The position numbers and the translations under genes were made by a program. From Smithella sp. (GTDB taxonomy: Bacteria > Desulfobacterota > Syntrophia > Syntrophales > Smithellaceae), in the NCBI GenBank assembly GCA_039679325.1, contig JBDKVD010000097.1, forward strand, positions 1 through 38,251: DNA of 38,251 nt. The letters are read 5' to 3'. The notes beneath the pieces are model-generated. The model had not been told where the DNA came from, did not search any database, and saw nothing but the letters and a program-made list of their open reading frames with translations. Below, one piece after another: positions 16,813-29,531 of this stretch; within the stretch, counting starts at the first letter, position 1, and every line of letters starts with the position of its first letter.

Positions 16813-17215
16813 AGTATTTGAAAAAATGTTCTTCGTCTTTCTTGAGCCTGTAGAGGAAGATGTGAATTACGACATGATTGCATCAATTAATTTTGCCGGT
16901 CCGGTAAGAGGCAGCATTGATATATTGCTCACAAGTGATTTAGCCGACGCTATGGTCCAGAACATGCTCAGCGTTGATGAAGAAGGCGTAACGCAGAAGC
17001 TGATTGAAGATTGCGTAAAAGAAGCCGTAAATATGATTGGCGGAAATTTTTTGCAGAAATATGACTCATCAAAGGTATTTGATCTTTCCATTCCCACATT
17101 CAAAAATGAATCCGCAATGCTGGCAAAGCAGGATGCCGAAGCAAGCGAAAAGACCTGGATATTACCTTTTGAATCAAGCGAAGGACTGCTGGGCGTAAAG
17201 ATGAATTTTTCTTAA
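16775..17215 (+). CDS. CheX-family (CheY-P phosphatase-like) protein, divergent copy
   Basis: The layout parallels the canonical CheX at 21066: N-terminal A..EVFEKMFF, a central INFAGPVRGSIDILL, and an ExxN motif in KEAVNMIGGNF. The start is uncertain (16775 or 16796) and overlaps the cheY stop. Confidence 0.55.
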   Translation: MKIKQLLMNAIFEVFEKMFFVFLEPVEEDVNYDMIASINFAGPVRGSIDILLTSDLADAMVQNMLSVDEEGVTQKLIEDCVKEAVNMIGGNFLQKYDSSKVFDLSIPTFKNESAMLAKQDAEASEKTWILPFESSEGLLGVKMNFS

Positions 17216-17317
17216 AATCAGGACATTGCTGATCAGTAATAAGGAAACTTTTGAAGAAGTATAATAGTTTTATTTGGTCAGTTAATAAAGGAAATGAAAT
17301 AAATCCGCTTTTTCTAG

Positions 17318-20562
<3,245 letters not shown>

Positions 20563-20609
20563 TTAAGAAAGATTTTTCTGTAGGATGAAAATTGAAGTGA
20601 GGTCTATTT

Positions 20610-20999
20610 ATGGGTGATAATAATATTAAAATCTTGGTTGTTGATGATTTTGCTACAATGAGAAAGGTTGTCCGTAATTTGTTGAAGCAGGGGGGGTATG
20701 AGGATATTGTAGAAGCTGAAGATGGTGTGATGGCATTAAAAGCGCTGAAGTCGCAGAAAATTGACTTTATTGTGTCCGACTGGAACATGCCCAACATGAC
20801 TGGATTGGAACTACTGAAAGCAGTAAGGGCTGATGAAGAACTGGCAAAAACCCCTTTTCTCATGGTCACTGCCGAGGCACTGCAGGATAATGTGGTTGCC
20901 GCAGTAAAAGCAGGTGTAAGCAATTATATTGTAAAGCCATTCACGGCCGAAGTTTTAAATGAAAAGATTAAAAAGATAATTGAAAGCATACAGAAATGA
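20610..20999 (+). CDS. cheY: Chemotaxis response regulator CheY (canonical)
   Basis: KILVVDDFATMRK, FIVSDWNMPNMTGLELL, PFLMVTAEA and NYIVKPFT; 129 aa. Confidence 0.9.
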   Translation: MGDNNIKILVVDDFATMRKVVRNLLKQGGYEDIVEAEDGVMALKALKSQKIDFIVSDWNMPNMTGLELLKAVRADEELAKTPFLMVTAEALQDNVVAAVKAGVSNYIVKPFTAEVLNEKIKKIIESIQK

Positions 21000-21065
21000 T
21001 GGACTTGTAAAAAGTCGTGAAATAAGAATGTTCATATTTTGAGAATATTGAGGAAGGTAATTTTA

Positions 21066-21527
21066 ATGAATGTAGAGTTTATTAATCCATTTTTGGAGGG
21101 CACTGTAAGCGTTCTAAAGACGATGGCTTTTGTAGAACCTCGATCGGGAAAACCTTATCTTAAAATGGATAATCTTGCCAAGGGTGATATCTCCGGTATT
21201 ATAGGATTGACGGGGTCGGCCGCCGGCTCTCTTGCTTTAAGTTTCAGTGAGGGAGCGATATTGAGAATAGTGTCCAATATGCTGGGAGAAGATTTAAAAA
21301 GCATCAACGGTGATGTTAAAGATGCCGTGGGAGAACTGACTAATATGGTCTCCGGTGTAGCCAGAAAAAATTTGGAGGCCAAAGGATTTTACATTCAGGC
21401 GGCTATTCCTACCATTGTTTCCGGAAAAGATCATTCCATATCCCACGTTAAGGGCGGGCCGAGTTTGATCATTCCCTTTGAAATCGATGAGGGCGTATTC
21501 GTAGTTGATGTCTGCCTTGTGGAATAA
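21066..21527 (+). CDS. cheX: CheY-P phosphatase CheX
   Basis: RBS gaggaagg. MNVEFINPFLEGTVSVLKTM.., GDISGIIGLTGSAAGSLALSF, and an ExxN motif in GELTNMVSG. Confidence 0.8.
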   Translation: MNVEFINPFLEGTVSVLKTMAFVEPRSGKPYLKMDNLAKGDISGIIGLTGSAAGSLALSFSEGAILRIVSNMLGEDLKSINGDVKDAVGELTNMVSGVARKNLEAKGFYIQAAIPTIVSGKDHSISHVKGGPSLIIPFEIDEGVFVVDVCLVE

Positions 21528-21534
21528 TTGTTTC

Positions 21535-22359
21535 TCAACCCTGAGCGTTTAAAATGATTATGCTGATTCTTCTGTTGCGCGGGTCAAGTGGATCAAGTGG
21601 AATCAGCAGTTCAGTGTCGGCATAGCCCACTACCTTGGAAATCCTTCCCGGATCGACTGCATTTGCTTCCAGTTCCATACGTGCCGAGGAAGCACGTGAT
21701 GTGGAAAGCTCCCAGTTTGTTGTTTGACCTTTCTTGAAAGGTGCGGAATCAGTGTGTCCTTCCACGACGATTCGTCCGGGCATTTCATGGATATTTGATG
21801 AAACAAGCTTCAATATGGCTTTTGCTTTTGGTGTTGGTTGAGCGGAACCCAGGTGAAACATGACGCTCCCGTCCGTATCGATAATTTGAATTCTGATACC
21901 CTCTTCAACTACATCTACTAATACTTGATCTCGTACTGCAGCCATTTTTGCATCTATGGTAGATCGGATTTTTTTGACCAATTCTTCGTCTTTAGCGCTT
22001 AAATTATGTTTTGTTTTATGTGAAACTTCGCCAGTCTTTTTCCCTTGAAAGGTAAGACCGCGTTGTTTGGATGAGTCTTGCATGGGTTGGCTGAGAAAAT
22101 TGGGGTCTGTTATTTTTGCATTCCGGGAGGTAATTGGTGATGTGCCACTTTCCTGAAAGATACTGTATTTATTGAAATACTCGGATAGCGCGGCTTTTTT
22201 TTCTTCGGAAACCATGCTCAGTAACCAAAGCATAAGGAAAAAAGCCATCATCGCCGTTACAAAGTCTGCATAGGCTACTTTCCATGAACCGCCATGAGCT
22301 CCACCGCCTTTATTTTTTTTATACTTTTTAATTATTATTTGTTGCGGTCGTTCTTCCAT
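21535..22359 (-). CDS. motB: Flagellar motor stator protein MotB (OmpA-like peptidoglycan anchor)
   Basis: N-terminal plug and TM, WKVAYADFVTAMMAFFLMLWLL, with the conserved Asp. C-terminal OmpA-like VEGHTDSAPF..NWELSTSRASSARMEL..NRRISIII. Confidence 0.85.
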   Translation of the reverse strand: MEERPQQIIIKKYKKNKGGGAHGGSWKVAYADFVTAMMAFFLMLWLLSMVSEEKKAALSEYFNKYSIFQESGTSPITSRNAKITDPNFLSQPMQDSSKQRGLTFQGKKTGEVSHKTKHNLSAKDEELVKKIRSTIDAKMAAVRDQVLVDVVEEGIRIQIIDTDGSVMFHLGSAQPTPKAKAILKLVSSNIHEMPGRIVVEGHTDSAPFKKGQTTNWELSTSRASSARMELEANAVDPGRISKVVGYADTELLIPLDPLDPRNRRISIIILNAQG

Positions 22360-22414
22360 ATCAATCCATTAAACTGTAACTTTTACATTAATTATATTCT
22401 TGTTGAATTACCGG

Positions 22415-23278
22415 TTATGTTTTCTTTGCTTCGCGAAAGGCTTCTTCCATTTCCAGAAAAGAAGGTTTCATGTTGACGGGAATTACCCGGCGACCAAATT
22501 CAACAGCAACTTTGGGCGCTGCCCCGCCACCGATGAAAGCCAGCAGGGCCACCTTAATCACATTCATGTACTGCAAATCTTCTGCGGCGATAAATTCCAG
22601 ATGTTTTCCCATCGGGCCGATATACCCGTAAGACAAGAGAACACCCATAAATGTTCCCACGAGGGCGGCACCGATGCTGGCGCCTAATATTTCCGGTGGT
22701 TCCTTAATCTTACCCATAGTCAAAACAATTCCCAAAACGCAGGCGACGATTCCCAGACCGGGGAGTCCATCAGCGATGTTGTTTACACTGTGGGCGGGTA
22801 TCATTGCTTCTTCGTGATGGGTTTCCAATTCGTGATCTATCAGCGATTCCAGTTCATGAGGGGCAATAGTCGTAGTCATGACAGTCCTCAGTGTGTCTGT
22901 AATCAGAGATACCGCTTCATGGTTTTTTAATATATGGGGATATTTTGTGAACAATGGACTTTCCTCGGGCATATCCACGTCGGCTTCGATGGAGACAAGT
23001 CCCTGTTGTCTTATTTTATAGAAAATCCCGTTGAGCAACATAAGGATGTCAATATAATCCTGCTTCGCGCGGGGGGAATGCGTAAACATGCCAAGAAAAG
23101 AAGAAATAACAGATTTAATGACATGGATTGGAGAGGCAATAACAAAACTGCCTATGGCGGCGCCGCCGATAATCATTAATTCGATGGGCTGAAAAATAAC
23201 GGACATATTGCCGTGTTCCAGCAGGTAACCACCAATTACGCAAACAGTGACTATGATAATACCAATTATAGGAAACAT
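22415..23278 (-). CDS. motA: Flagellar motor stator protein MotA
   Basis: 287 aa with four TM helices and the MotA/ExbB channel region GLPGLGIVACVLGIV...ALVGTFMGVLLSYGYIGP. Confidence 0.85.
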   Translation of the reverse strand: MFPIIGIIIVTVCVIGGYLLEHGNMSVIFQPIELMIIGGAAIGSFVIASPIHVIKSVISSFLGMFTHSPRAKQDYIDILMLLNGIFYKIRQQGLVSIEADVDMPEESPLFTKYPHILKNHEAVSLITDTLRTVMTTTIAPHELESLIDHELETHHEEAMIPAHSVNNIADGLPGLGIVACVLGIVLTMGKIKEPPEILGASIGAALVGTFMGVLLSYGYIGPMGKHLEFIAAEDLQYMNVIKVALLAFIGGGAAPKVAVEFGRRVIPVNMKPSFLEMEEAFREAKKT

Positions 23279-23292
23279 GAATTATTTAAGGG

Positions 23293-23829
23293 TTACTTCC
23301 TTTTTTCTCGAAGTATTTCCCTTTCCCTTTCAAAAACGAATCGAATGATTTCATCCCGGATGAAATCATCAATAGCGACAAAATGAACGCTTGTATTATG
23401 TTCAGGATTGTGTTTGCTCTCGATCACTTCTCCGTATAAAAAAAGCGATAACGGGTATTGCATGGTCAGTGTTAATTTGAATTCGATAATATCCCCTGGA
23501 GAAAATGATGTGTCCGCAGAAAAACTGATTCCACCACCGCTTATGTTAACTTTTTTCAGGGGTAATTGATCAAATCCCTCGTGGTGCATGGTCATCATGC
23601 GTATGATGGAGTTCAACTTGGAATTAATCGTTTTTAACCATTCAGCTATTACCTGATCGTCAGGATCGGGCAGGGACTTAAATTTCGAAAGAATTAATTC
23701 TCCGGCCACGCGTGAACGAATATATTGTTTATGCCGGGGATCAATTAATTTGTATGCGATAGGAATATAGGCATCAACACGGGAATACTCCCTTTGACTT
23801 TCGCTGCGGTATGCATCCTGATTATCCAT
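23293..23829 (-). CDS. PilZ-domain (c-di-GMP-binding) protein, first gene of the motAB operon
   Basis: RBS aagagg. RxxxR motif (REYSR) and N.SxxG motif (NISGGGISF) separated by about 77 aa. The stop lies 14 nt before the motA start. ATG 23829 is preferred because a sigma-54 promoter match sits inside the longer ORF-track extension. Confidence 0.7.
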   Translation of the reverse strand: MDNQDAYRSESQREYSRVDAYIPIAYKLIDPRHKQYIRSRVAGELILSKFKSLPDPDDQVIAEWLKTINSKLNSIIRMMTMHHEGFDQLPLKKVNISGGGISFSADTSFSPGDIIEFKLTLTMQYPLSLFLYGEVIESKHNPEHNTSVHFVAIDDFIRDEIIRFVFEREREILREKRK

Positions 23830-23869
23830 AACCAAACCTCTTAAAGATAAATTAATTTGCGTTAAACAA

Positions 23870-23885
23870 TGCAAATCAAATGCCA
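23870..23885 (-). promoter_or_regulatory. Candidate sigma-54 promoter for the PilZ-motA-motB operon
   Basis: The reverse complement reads TGGCATTTGATTTGCA, a near-consensus TGGCAC-N5-TTGCW match. The -12 GC lies about 42 nt upstream of ATG 23829. Confidence 0.7.
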
Positions 23886-24071
23886 CTTCGATTAACAATC
23901 CAAGTTTGTAAAAGAGCCTTGTTGCGCATGGAGGATTAAATTTGTAATCCCCGATTATTACGTCAAAATATTGGCTGTTAAGCTCACTAATTGACAGAAT
24001 CAGGCATTGAGTAAAGCAGAAATAAAACTTTAGAAATTGGTAACTAAATCAAATTAAAAGTTAATTTCTCC

Positions 24072-24087
24072 TGGTATATAAATTGCT
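24072..24087 (+). promoter_or_regulatory. Candidate sigma-54 promoter for the SPOR-TPR, kinase and regulator operon
   Basis: TGGTATATAAATTGCT matches GG-N10-GC and lies about 78 nt upstream of the preferred TTG start at 24164. Confidence 0.6.
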
Positions 24088-24163
24088 TTTGCTTGGCAAA
24101 GCGGGTAATTATTTTCCAGGAAGGAAATGTCCTACGCATAAGTTATTATTTGAAAAAGTATTA

Positions 24164-26422
24164 TTGAAAAAAGCGAAAATCATCCGGATAAATTTTGTGT
24201 TCTGGGTAACGCTTTTAGCAATTGGAAATATCCCCTGCCTCGTCCATGCAGGAAATCTGTATACCATTCATTGCGCTTCATACAAATCAAAACAGCAGGC
24301 TGAAGTTGATGTTAAAAACCTGGGAACACTGGGTTATCCAGCTTATGTAATGCAGGTGGATATTAAGGGGAAGGGAAAGTGGTACCGTGTTTATACCGGA
24401 AAATATGCAACAAAGGAAAAAGCCAGAATTGCGGCGGATATGATGGTGAAAAAAAATGTACTTACCAGGTATTTTATTTTTTCGATATCCGCAAATCGGG
24501 CAGTTGAAAAAAAAGGAAAGAATATCAAACAGGAAAATTTACCGACTGTTCAGATTGAGCAGAAAAGAAACTCCGGCCTGCCTGCAACAAAAAAAGATAC
24601 CGTTGCCGCCAAAGTAAAAGCGACTGAGGAAACCCGGCAAGCTCCGTCTGCTTTGTTGTCTGAAAAAAAAACCGTTCCAGTTAAAGATCATGAGCAAATA
24701 TTTGCAGAGAAAGAAGAACCTTCCTCCGGTTCAGTTCTCTATGATCAGGGGCTTCGTGAACTGAAGGAGAAAAAATATGAACAGGCCCTGGTAACATTTA
24801 AAGAATTCGTGGCCCGTAAAGATACAACAAACGATTTGGGAGAACGGGCGTTACGCCATATGGCGGATTGCCACTTTTTCCTGGGGGAAAAAGGAAGTAA
24901 AGATCACCTTCTTCTTGCCGTTCAATTTTATAAAAACACATTACAGAGCTTTCCTGATCAAGTAAGGGATAATGCTCTGGTTTACCTCCGGTTAGCCAAA
25001 GCTTGTGAACGTTTGAATAATTATTATGATACTTTAAGATATTACGAAGACTTGCTGAGCAAATATCCCCAATCGTCATGCGTTCCCGAGGCTTTTTTTA
25101 AAACGGGTGCGCTTTTACATAAAATAGGTAAATACGGTCCGGCAGCGGATAAGCTTTTGGCATATCTGATGAAATATCGGGGAGGAACTTTTGCCAAGCA
25201 GGCCTTCTATCTGGTGGCGGATTGTTATTACAAAACTCAGCAATCGGCCAGTGCGGAAGTATGGTTTCGTGATGCTCAAAAAAAATGGCCGGATTTTAGA
25301 GGTGTTCCTAAAGAAGTTATCAAGGATATGGGGTATCATAAATATGCCCTGCAAAGCTACGGCGAAGCAAGCAAAATATTATCTTTTTATGCCAATATAT
25401 ATCCGACTGATGAAAAAATAAAAGAAGTTTTACTGGCGCTTGCCAATTCGTATAAAGCGGCGGATCAGGTTTCCGCCGCCCTGACCATAAACAGCTTAAT
25501 AATTGATAAATATCCGGCAAGCAAAGAAGCCGCCGAAAGCATTATGGCCATGGCCTCTCTGGGTGTTGATAAACCTGGCGTCAAAATGTTTTTTGCAGCG
25601 GGTAATTTTCATTACTACAAGGATCCGCTGGAAGCTTATAAATTATTATTGGCAAAAAATCAGACGGGGGAAATTGCTGAAAATGCCCTTTTGCAGAAGG
25701 GCAATGCATTACATAAATTGAAACAGGACAGGGCTGCTGCCGATGCTTATTTGGAATTTTTAAAAAAGTATCCGCAAAGCAAGATGAGGGATGAGGCAAG
25801 AAAGAGCTTGAAACACGCCTCGGTTACCTTGATTGACGAAAGTTACCGGAAAAAAGATTATTTAGCGGTATCTGATATTTACTTCAGAGCTTACAGGGGT
25901 GCTCCACTCCAGCGGGATGAATATGAAACTGTTGATAAGATAGCAGTCAGTCTGAATAATGTCGGTCTTACCGATGATTGTGTTCAGCTTCTGAGAAAAT
26001 ACAAAAATATCTGTGAAGACGGTAAAACCGTCAGTAAAATCAATAATCGAATTGCTGAAACAGAAATGGGGAGGGGGAAATACAATGAGGCAGAGAAAGT
26101 TCTTAGTGAATCGCTACTGCAAACGTTACCCAAAAACAAAACTGCGTTGGCTGCAATTAAAAAAGATATGGCCGGTATTACCGATCGCAAGCGCTTGTCT
26201 GAAGCGGCATTGAGTCAGTCTGCCGGCCCGGACAATAGATACTGGTCCATGTTCCGGATGGGACAGGATTATATAGACAAAGGCAACTACTCCGAGGCGC
26301 AGAAAATATTTGCCAAAATAAAAGCCGAGTCCGGACCGGAGGGATTTTGGACCAAGATTGTTGATTATCATCTCAGCGATCAGCAATGGTGGAACAAATA
26401 CGGGGAGTATTTGAAAAAGTGA
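24164..26422 (+). CDS. Exported SPOR-domain plus multi-TPR protein (752 aa)
   Basis: A TTG 24164 start gives a textbook signal peptide, MKKAKIIRINFVFWVTLLAIGNIPCLVHA|G. SPOR-like module YTIHCASYKSKQQAEVDVKNLGTLGYPAYVMQVDIKGKGKWYRVYTGKYATKEKA. After a K/E-rich linker come more than eight TPR or YbgF-like repeats (for example ALVYLRLAKACERLNNYYDTLRYYEDLLSKYPQS). Confidence 0.7.
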   Translation: MKKAKIIRINFVFWVTLLAIGNIPCLVHAGNLYTIHCASYKSKQQAEVDVKNLGTLGYPAYVMQVDIKGKGKWYRVYTGKYATKEKARIAADMMVKKNVLTRYFIFSISANRAVEKKGKNIKQENLPTVQIEQKRNSGLPATKKDTVAAKVKATEETRQAPSALLSEKKTVPVKDHEQIFAEKEEPSSGSVLYDQGLRELKEKKYEQALVTFKEFVARKDTTNDLGERALRHMADCHFFLGEKGSKDHLLLAVQFYKNTLQSFPDQVRDNALVYLRLAKACERLNNYYDTLRYYEDLLSKYPQSSCVPEAFFKTGALLHKIGKYGPAADKLLAYLMKYRGGTFAKQAFYLVADCYYKTQQSASAEVWFRDAQKKWPDFRGVPKEVIKDMGYHKYALQSYGEASKILSFYANIYPTDEKIKEVLLALANSYKAADQVSAALTINSLIIDKYPASKEAAESIMAMASLGVDKPGVKMFFAAGNFHYYKDPLEAYKLLLAKNQTGEIAENALLQKGNALHKLKQDRAAADAYLEFLKKYPQSKMRDEARKSLKHASVTLIDESYRKKDYLAVSDIYFRAYRGAPLQRDEYETVDKIAVSLNNVGLTDDCVQLLRKYKNICEDGKTVSKINNRIAETEMGRGKYNEAEKVLSESLLQTLPKNKTALAAIKKDMAGITDRKRLSEAALSQSAGPDNRYWSMFRMGQDYIDKGNYSEAQKIFAKIKAESGPEGFWTKIVDYHLSDQQWWNKYGEYLKK

Positions 26423-26438
26423 AGGTAAGGCAATACCA

Positions 26439-27659
26439 ATGGAAGATATAACTTTGCTCCAGCAGTCTTTCGAAAATTTTAACAAGGCCACCGCCGATCT
26501 TCAGTCGGCCTATGCACGGCTTGAAGATCGTTTTGCCAGTTTAAATAAAGAGCTGGAAGAAAAGAATGCTGAATTGATCAAGACGGTCGCAGAAAAAGAA
26601 CAGACAAAAAATTACCTGCAGAATATTCTGGAAAGCCTGATCAATGGTGTGATTGTAACTGATCTTAACGGACAGATTCAGACAATGAATCAATGTGCGG
26701 AAATGTTTGTCGGCGTCGGGCAGGCAAAAGTAATCGGACAGCATGTCAGCATTCTTTTTGAAGATACGGTTGTTAATGACTGGCCGAGAATAAATCTTGC
26801 CGAATATTTTAAAGGTGAATCGGGAAATAAAGTAAAAATAAATGGTCGAACATTGGAAATATTTTGTTCGCCGTTCAGATCACCGGGAGGAAGCACAATC
26901 GGCAATGTATTTGTTTTGCGTGATATAACACGAATCGAAAAACTGGAGGATATGTCCAAACGAACGGAAAAATTCGCAGCCATGGGAGAAATGGCGGCAA
27001 ATATAGCTCATGAAATTCGAAATCCACTGGGCAGCATCGAACTGTTTGCTTCGCTGCTTTTGAAAAATCTGCAGGATAAAAAAGATCAGGACAGAGTCGT
27101 TCAAATTATTTCCTCGGTTAAAAATGTCGACAATAAAATATCAAATTTATTGATGTTTACACGCAAACAAAATCCCAAAATGGAAAAAATAGATCTTTAT
27201 CTGATTTTAGCCGAGATGCTGGATTTTTCCGAACAAATCATGGCCCAGGGGGGGATTGATATATCTGTAAAATATGCCGGAGATCAGGCCTGTATTGAAG
27301 GAGACGCCGACATGATCAAACAGGTATTCTTAAATATAATATTAAATGCCCAGCAGGCCATGCCCGACGGCGGGATGCTTAATATTGAAGCGAAAAAATC
27401 ACTGGCCGGACTTTTACCGGAAGAATCACCAATGGTGGAAATAATCTTCCAGGACTCCGGTCCGGGGATTTCGCAGGAAAATTTATCCAGAATATTTGAT
27501 CCTTTTTTCAGCACAAAACAGGGCGGGGCCGGTTTGGGGTTGGCGATAGTTCATAATATTGTCAGTCAGCATAATGGTTCTATTAATATGGAAAATTCAT
27601 TGCAGGGGGGAGCAATGGTGAATATCAGCTTTCCTCTTTTGCGTGAAGTTAATCAATAA
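26439..27659 (+). CDS. Cytoplasmic PAS sensor histidine kinase (FlrB/FleS-like)
   Basis: No TM segment. Coiled coil, PAS (ILESLINGVIVTDLNGQI), HisKA (AANIAHEIRNPLGSI) and HATPase (QDSGPGIS, GGAGLGLAIV) regions. Confidence 0.8.
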   Translation: MEDITLLQQSFENFNKATADLQSAYARLEDRFASLNKELEEKNAELIKTVAEKEQTKNYLQNILESLINGVIVTDLNGQIQTMNQCAEMFVGVGQAKVIGQHVSILFEDTVVNDWPRINLAEYFKGESGNKVKINGRTLEIFCSPFRSPGGSTIGNVFVLRDITRIEKLEDMSKRTEKFAAMGEMAANIAHEIRNPLGSIELFASLLLKNLQDKKDQDRVVQIISSVKNVDNKISNLLMFTRKQNPKMEKIDLYLILAEMLDFSEQIMAQGGIDISVKYAGDQACIEGDADMIKQVFLNIILNAQQAMPDGGMLNIEAKKSLAGLLPEESPMVEIIFQDSGPGISQENLSRIFDPFFSTKQGGAGLGLAIVHNIVSQHNGSINMENSLQGGAMVNISFPLLREVNQ

Positions 27660-27676
27660 ACGGAGATGCCTTTTAA

Positions 27677-29092
27677 ATGAATGTTGCCGAAAGATTACTT
27701 GTTGTCGATGATGATCAATCAATGCGGTCGGCGCTTTATGAATCGTTAAGCAGCTGCGGTTATGAAGTGGAAACGGCGGAAAACGGCTCTGATGCTTTAG
27801 CAAAATTCAAAGAAGGGCAATTTGCCGTTGTCGTTACGGATATGCGAATGCCCATGATGAGCGGTATGGATGTTTTAAGAGGAATTAAAAAAATATCACC
27901 GCAAACCCCCGTAATATTGATTACGGCGTATGGAACCGTAAATACCGCAGTTGAGGCAATGAAAGAGGGGGCTGCCGAGTTTATCATGAAGCCCTTTTCG
28001 CTGGATGATCTGGAGTTTGCGGTAAAAAATGTGCTGGCGACAAGTGCACAAGTAAATACCGGGGAGCAAGGCGGGGAAGCATGCGACAATATTTATCCGG
28101 TGAAAGAAATAATCACAAAAGACAAAAAGATTCTGTCGATTCTGGATATGCTGAAGAATGTAGCCGGGAGCAAATCGAGTATTCTCATCCAGGGGGAAAG
28201 CGGCACCGGCAAAGAACTGTTTGCCCGTTATGTTTACCGGTACAGCAACCGTCGCAGCATGCCTTTTGTGGCGGTGAATTGTGCGGCAATACCGGCACAG
28301 CTTTTGGAAAGCGAGATGTTCGGTTTTGAGAAGGGAGCTTTTACAGGCGCCGCCGTCAGGAAGCTGGGAAAGTTTGAGCTGGCCAATAAAGGGACACTTC
28401 TTCTGGATGAAATATCGGAAATGGATGTTCAATTGCAGGCAAAATTATTGCGTGTAATACAAGAAGCCGAGGTGGACCGGTTGGGTGGAAAAACTCCCAT
28501 ACCGATTGATGTTCGGTTGATAGCTACGACCAATGCAGACCTGCAATACTGCATTGCGCAAAAAACTTTTCGCAGTGATCTGTATTACCGTCTCAACGTT
28601 ATCCCGGTATTAGTTCCTCCTTTGAGGGAAAGAAATGGAGACGTCAACTTATTGGCGGAATATTTTATTAAAAAGTACAGCCAGGTTAATGAAAAAAAAG
28701 AACCTGTTTTGAGTGATGCGGCCAAAGCTGTATTGAAGGCTTACAGCTGGCCGGGAAATGTACGGGAGTTGGAGAATGTGATGGAGCGGGCGGTTCTCAT
28801 CTGCAATGACGCCGGTATCGGCCCCGAGCATTTATTCCTGGAAAACATGGCAAATGATTCCGTCGTCAAAAAAAATGCACTGATGGAGGGAAAAATATCG
28901 GTAACCAATAATATTGATCAGGGCGAAAACGTATCGACACTTTATGAAATGGAAAAAAACATGATTTTTGACACTTTAAACAAATTTAATTGGAATAAAA
29001 CCAAGGCATCAAAAGTATTGGGCATTAGTGTCAGAACAATGAGGAATAAGCTGCATGAATACGGGATTAACGATCTGACTGCCGATGAATAA
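27677..29092 (+). CDS. Sigma-54-dependent response regulator (FlrC/FleR-like)
   Basis: Receiver (LLVVDDDQSMR, VVVTDMRMPMMSG), AAA+ domain (GESGTGKE, EKGAFTGA) and HTH (ASKVLGISVRTMRNKL). It lies directly upstream of the flgB promoter. Confidence 0.85.
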   Translation: MNVAERLLVVDDDQSMRSALYESLSSCGYEVETAENGSDALAKFKEGQFAVVVTDMRMPMMSGMDVLRGIKKISPQTPVILITAYGTVNTAVEAMKEGAAEFIMKPFSLDDLEFAVKNVLATSAQVNTGEQGGEACDNIYPVKEIITKDKKILSILDMLKNVAGSKSSILIQGESGTGKELFARYVYRYSNRRSMPFVAVNCAAIPAQLLESEMFGFEKGAFTGAAVRKLGKFELANKGTLLLDEISEMDVQLQAKLLRVIQEAEVDRLGGKTPIPIDVRLIATTNADLQYCIAQKTFRSDLYYRLNVIPVLVPPLRERNGDVNLLAEYFIKKYSQVNEKKEPVLSDAAKAVLKAYSWPGNVRELENVMERAVLICNDAGIGPEHLFLENMANDSVVKKNALMEGKISVTNNIDQGENVSTLYEMEKNMIFDTLNKFNWNKTKASKVLGISVRTMRNKLHEYGINDLTADE

Positions 29093-29108
29093 AACAATGT
29101 CGTTTATT

Positions 29109-29124
29109 TGGTATATGGTTTGCA
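29109..29124 (+). promoter_or_regulatory. Candidate sigma-54 promoter for the flgB operon
   Basis: TGGTATATGGTTTGCA matches GG-N10-GC. The -12 GC lies 27 nt upstream of the flgB ATG. Confidence 0.65.
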
Positions 29125-29149
29125 TTGATTTGGACAGAGGTATTTATTT

Positions 29150-29530
29150 ATGGAACCATTATTTGGAAAAACATTTAATTTATTGTCCACAATGTTGGAT
29201 TTCCGCTCTGAACGCAATAAAGTTATTTCTTCTAATATCAGCAACTTGGATTCTACAGAATATAAATCGGCAGATTATGTGTTTAAAGAAGAATTGCGCC
29301 GGGTAATAGAGATGAAGGTTCCTCTAACCAGAACACATAAGAAACATTTTCCCAATACCAAGAAAGAAATTACCAAAGACGACTTCGAGTTAGTTAAATC
29401 CGAAGAAAAAGCCGATTTGGATAAGGAAATGACGAATTTGGCAGAGAATCATCTAATGTATAATTTGAGTGCAGAACTGCTGTCCAGAAAATTTAAAGGT
29501 ATAAGAAGCGTTTTAAATGAGGTTAAGTAA
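29150..29530 (+). CDS. flgB: Flagellar basal-body rod protein FlgB
   Basis: RSERNKVISSNISNLDSTEYK and the C-terminal LAENHLMYN motif; 126 aa. Confidence 0.85.
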   Translation: MEPLFGKTFNLLSTMLDFRSERNKVISSNISNLDSTEYKSADYVFKEELRRVIEMKVPLTRTHKKHFPNTKKEITKDDFELVKSEEKADLDKEMTNLAENHLMYNLSAELLSRKFKGIRSVLNEVK

Positions 29531-29531
29531 A

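Noticed and set aside
21528-21534. Expected a bidirectional terminator between the convergent cheX and motB genes.
   Set aside because: Only 7 nt separate the two stop codons, and I could find no hairpin in the flanking 40 nt. The observation is noted under the PilZ-motAB finding.
23830-24163. Longer ORF-track starts for the PilZ gene (23898) and the SPOR-TPR gene (24083).
   Set aside because: Both extensions contain or overlap the sigma-54 promoter matches for their own genes. The downstream starts give an RBS (PilZ) or a textbook signal peptide (SPOR-TPR).
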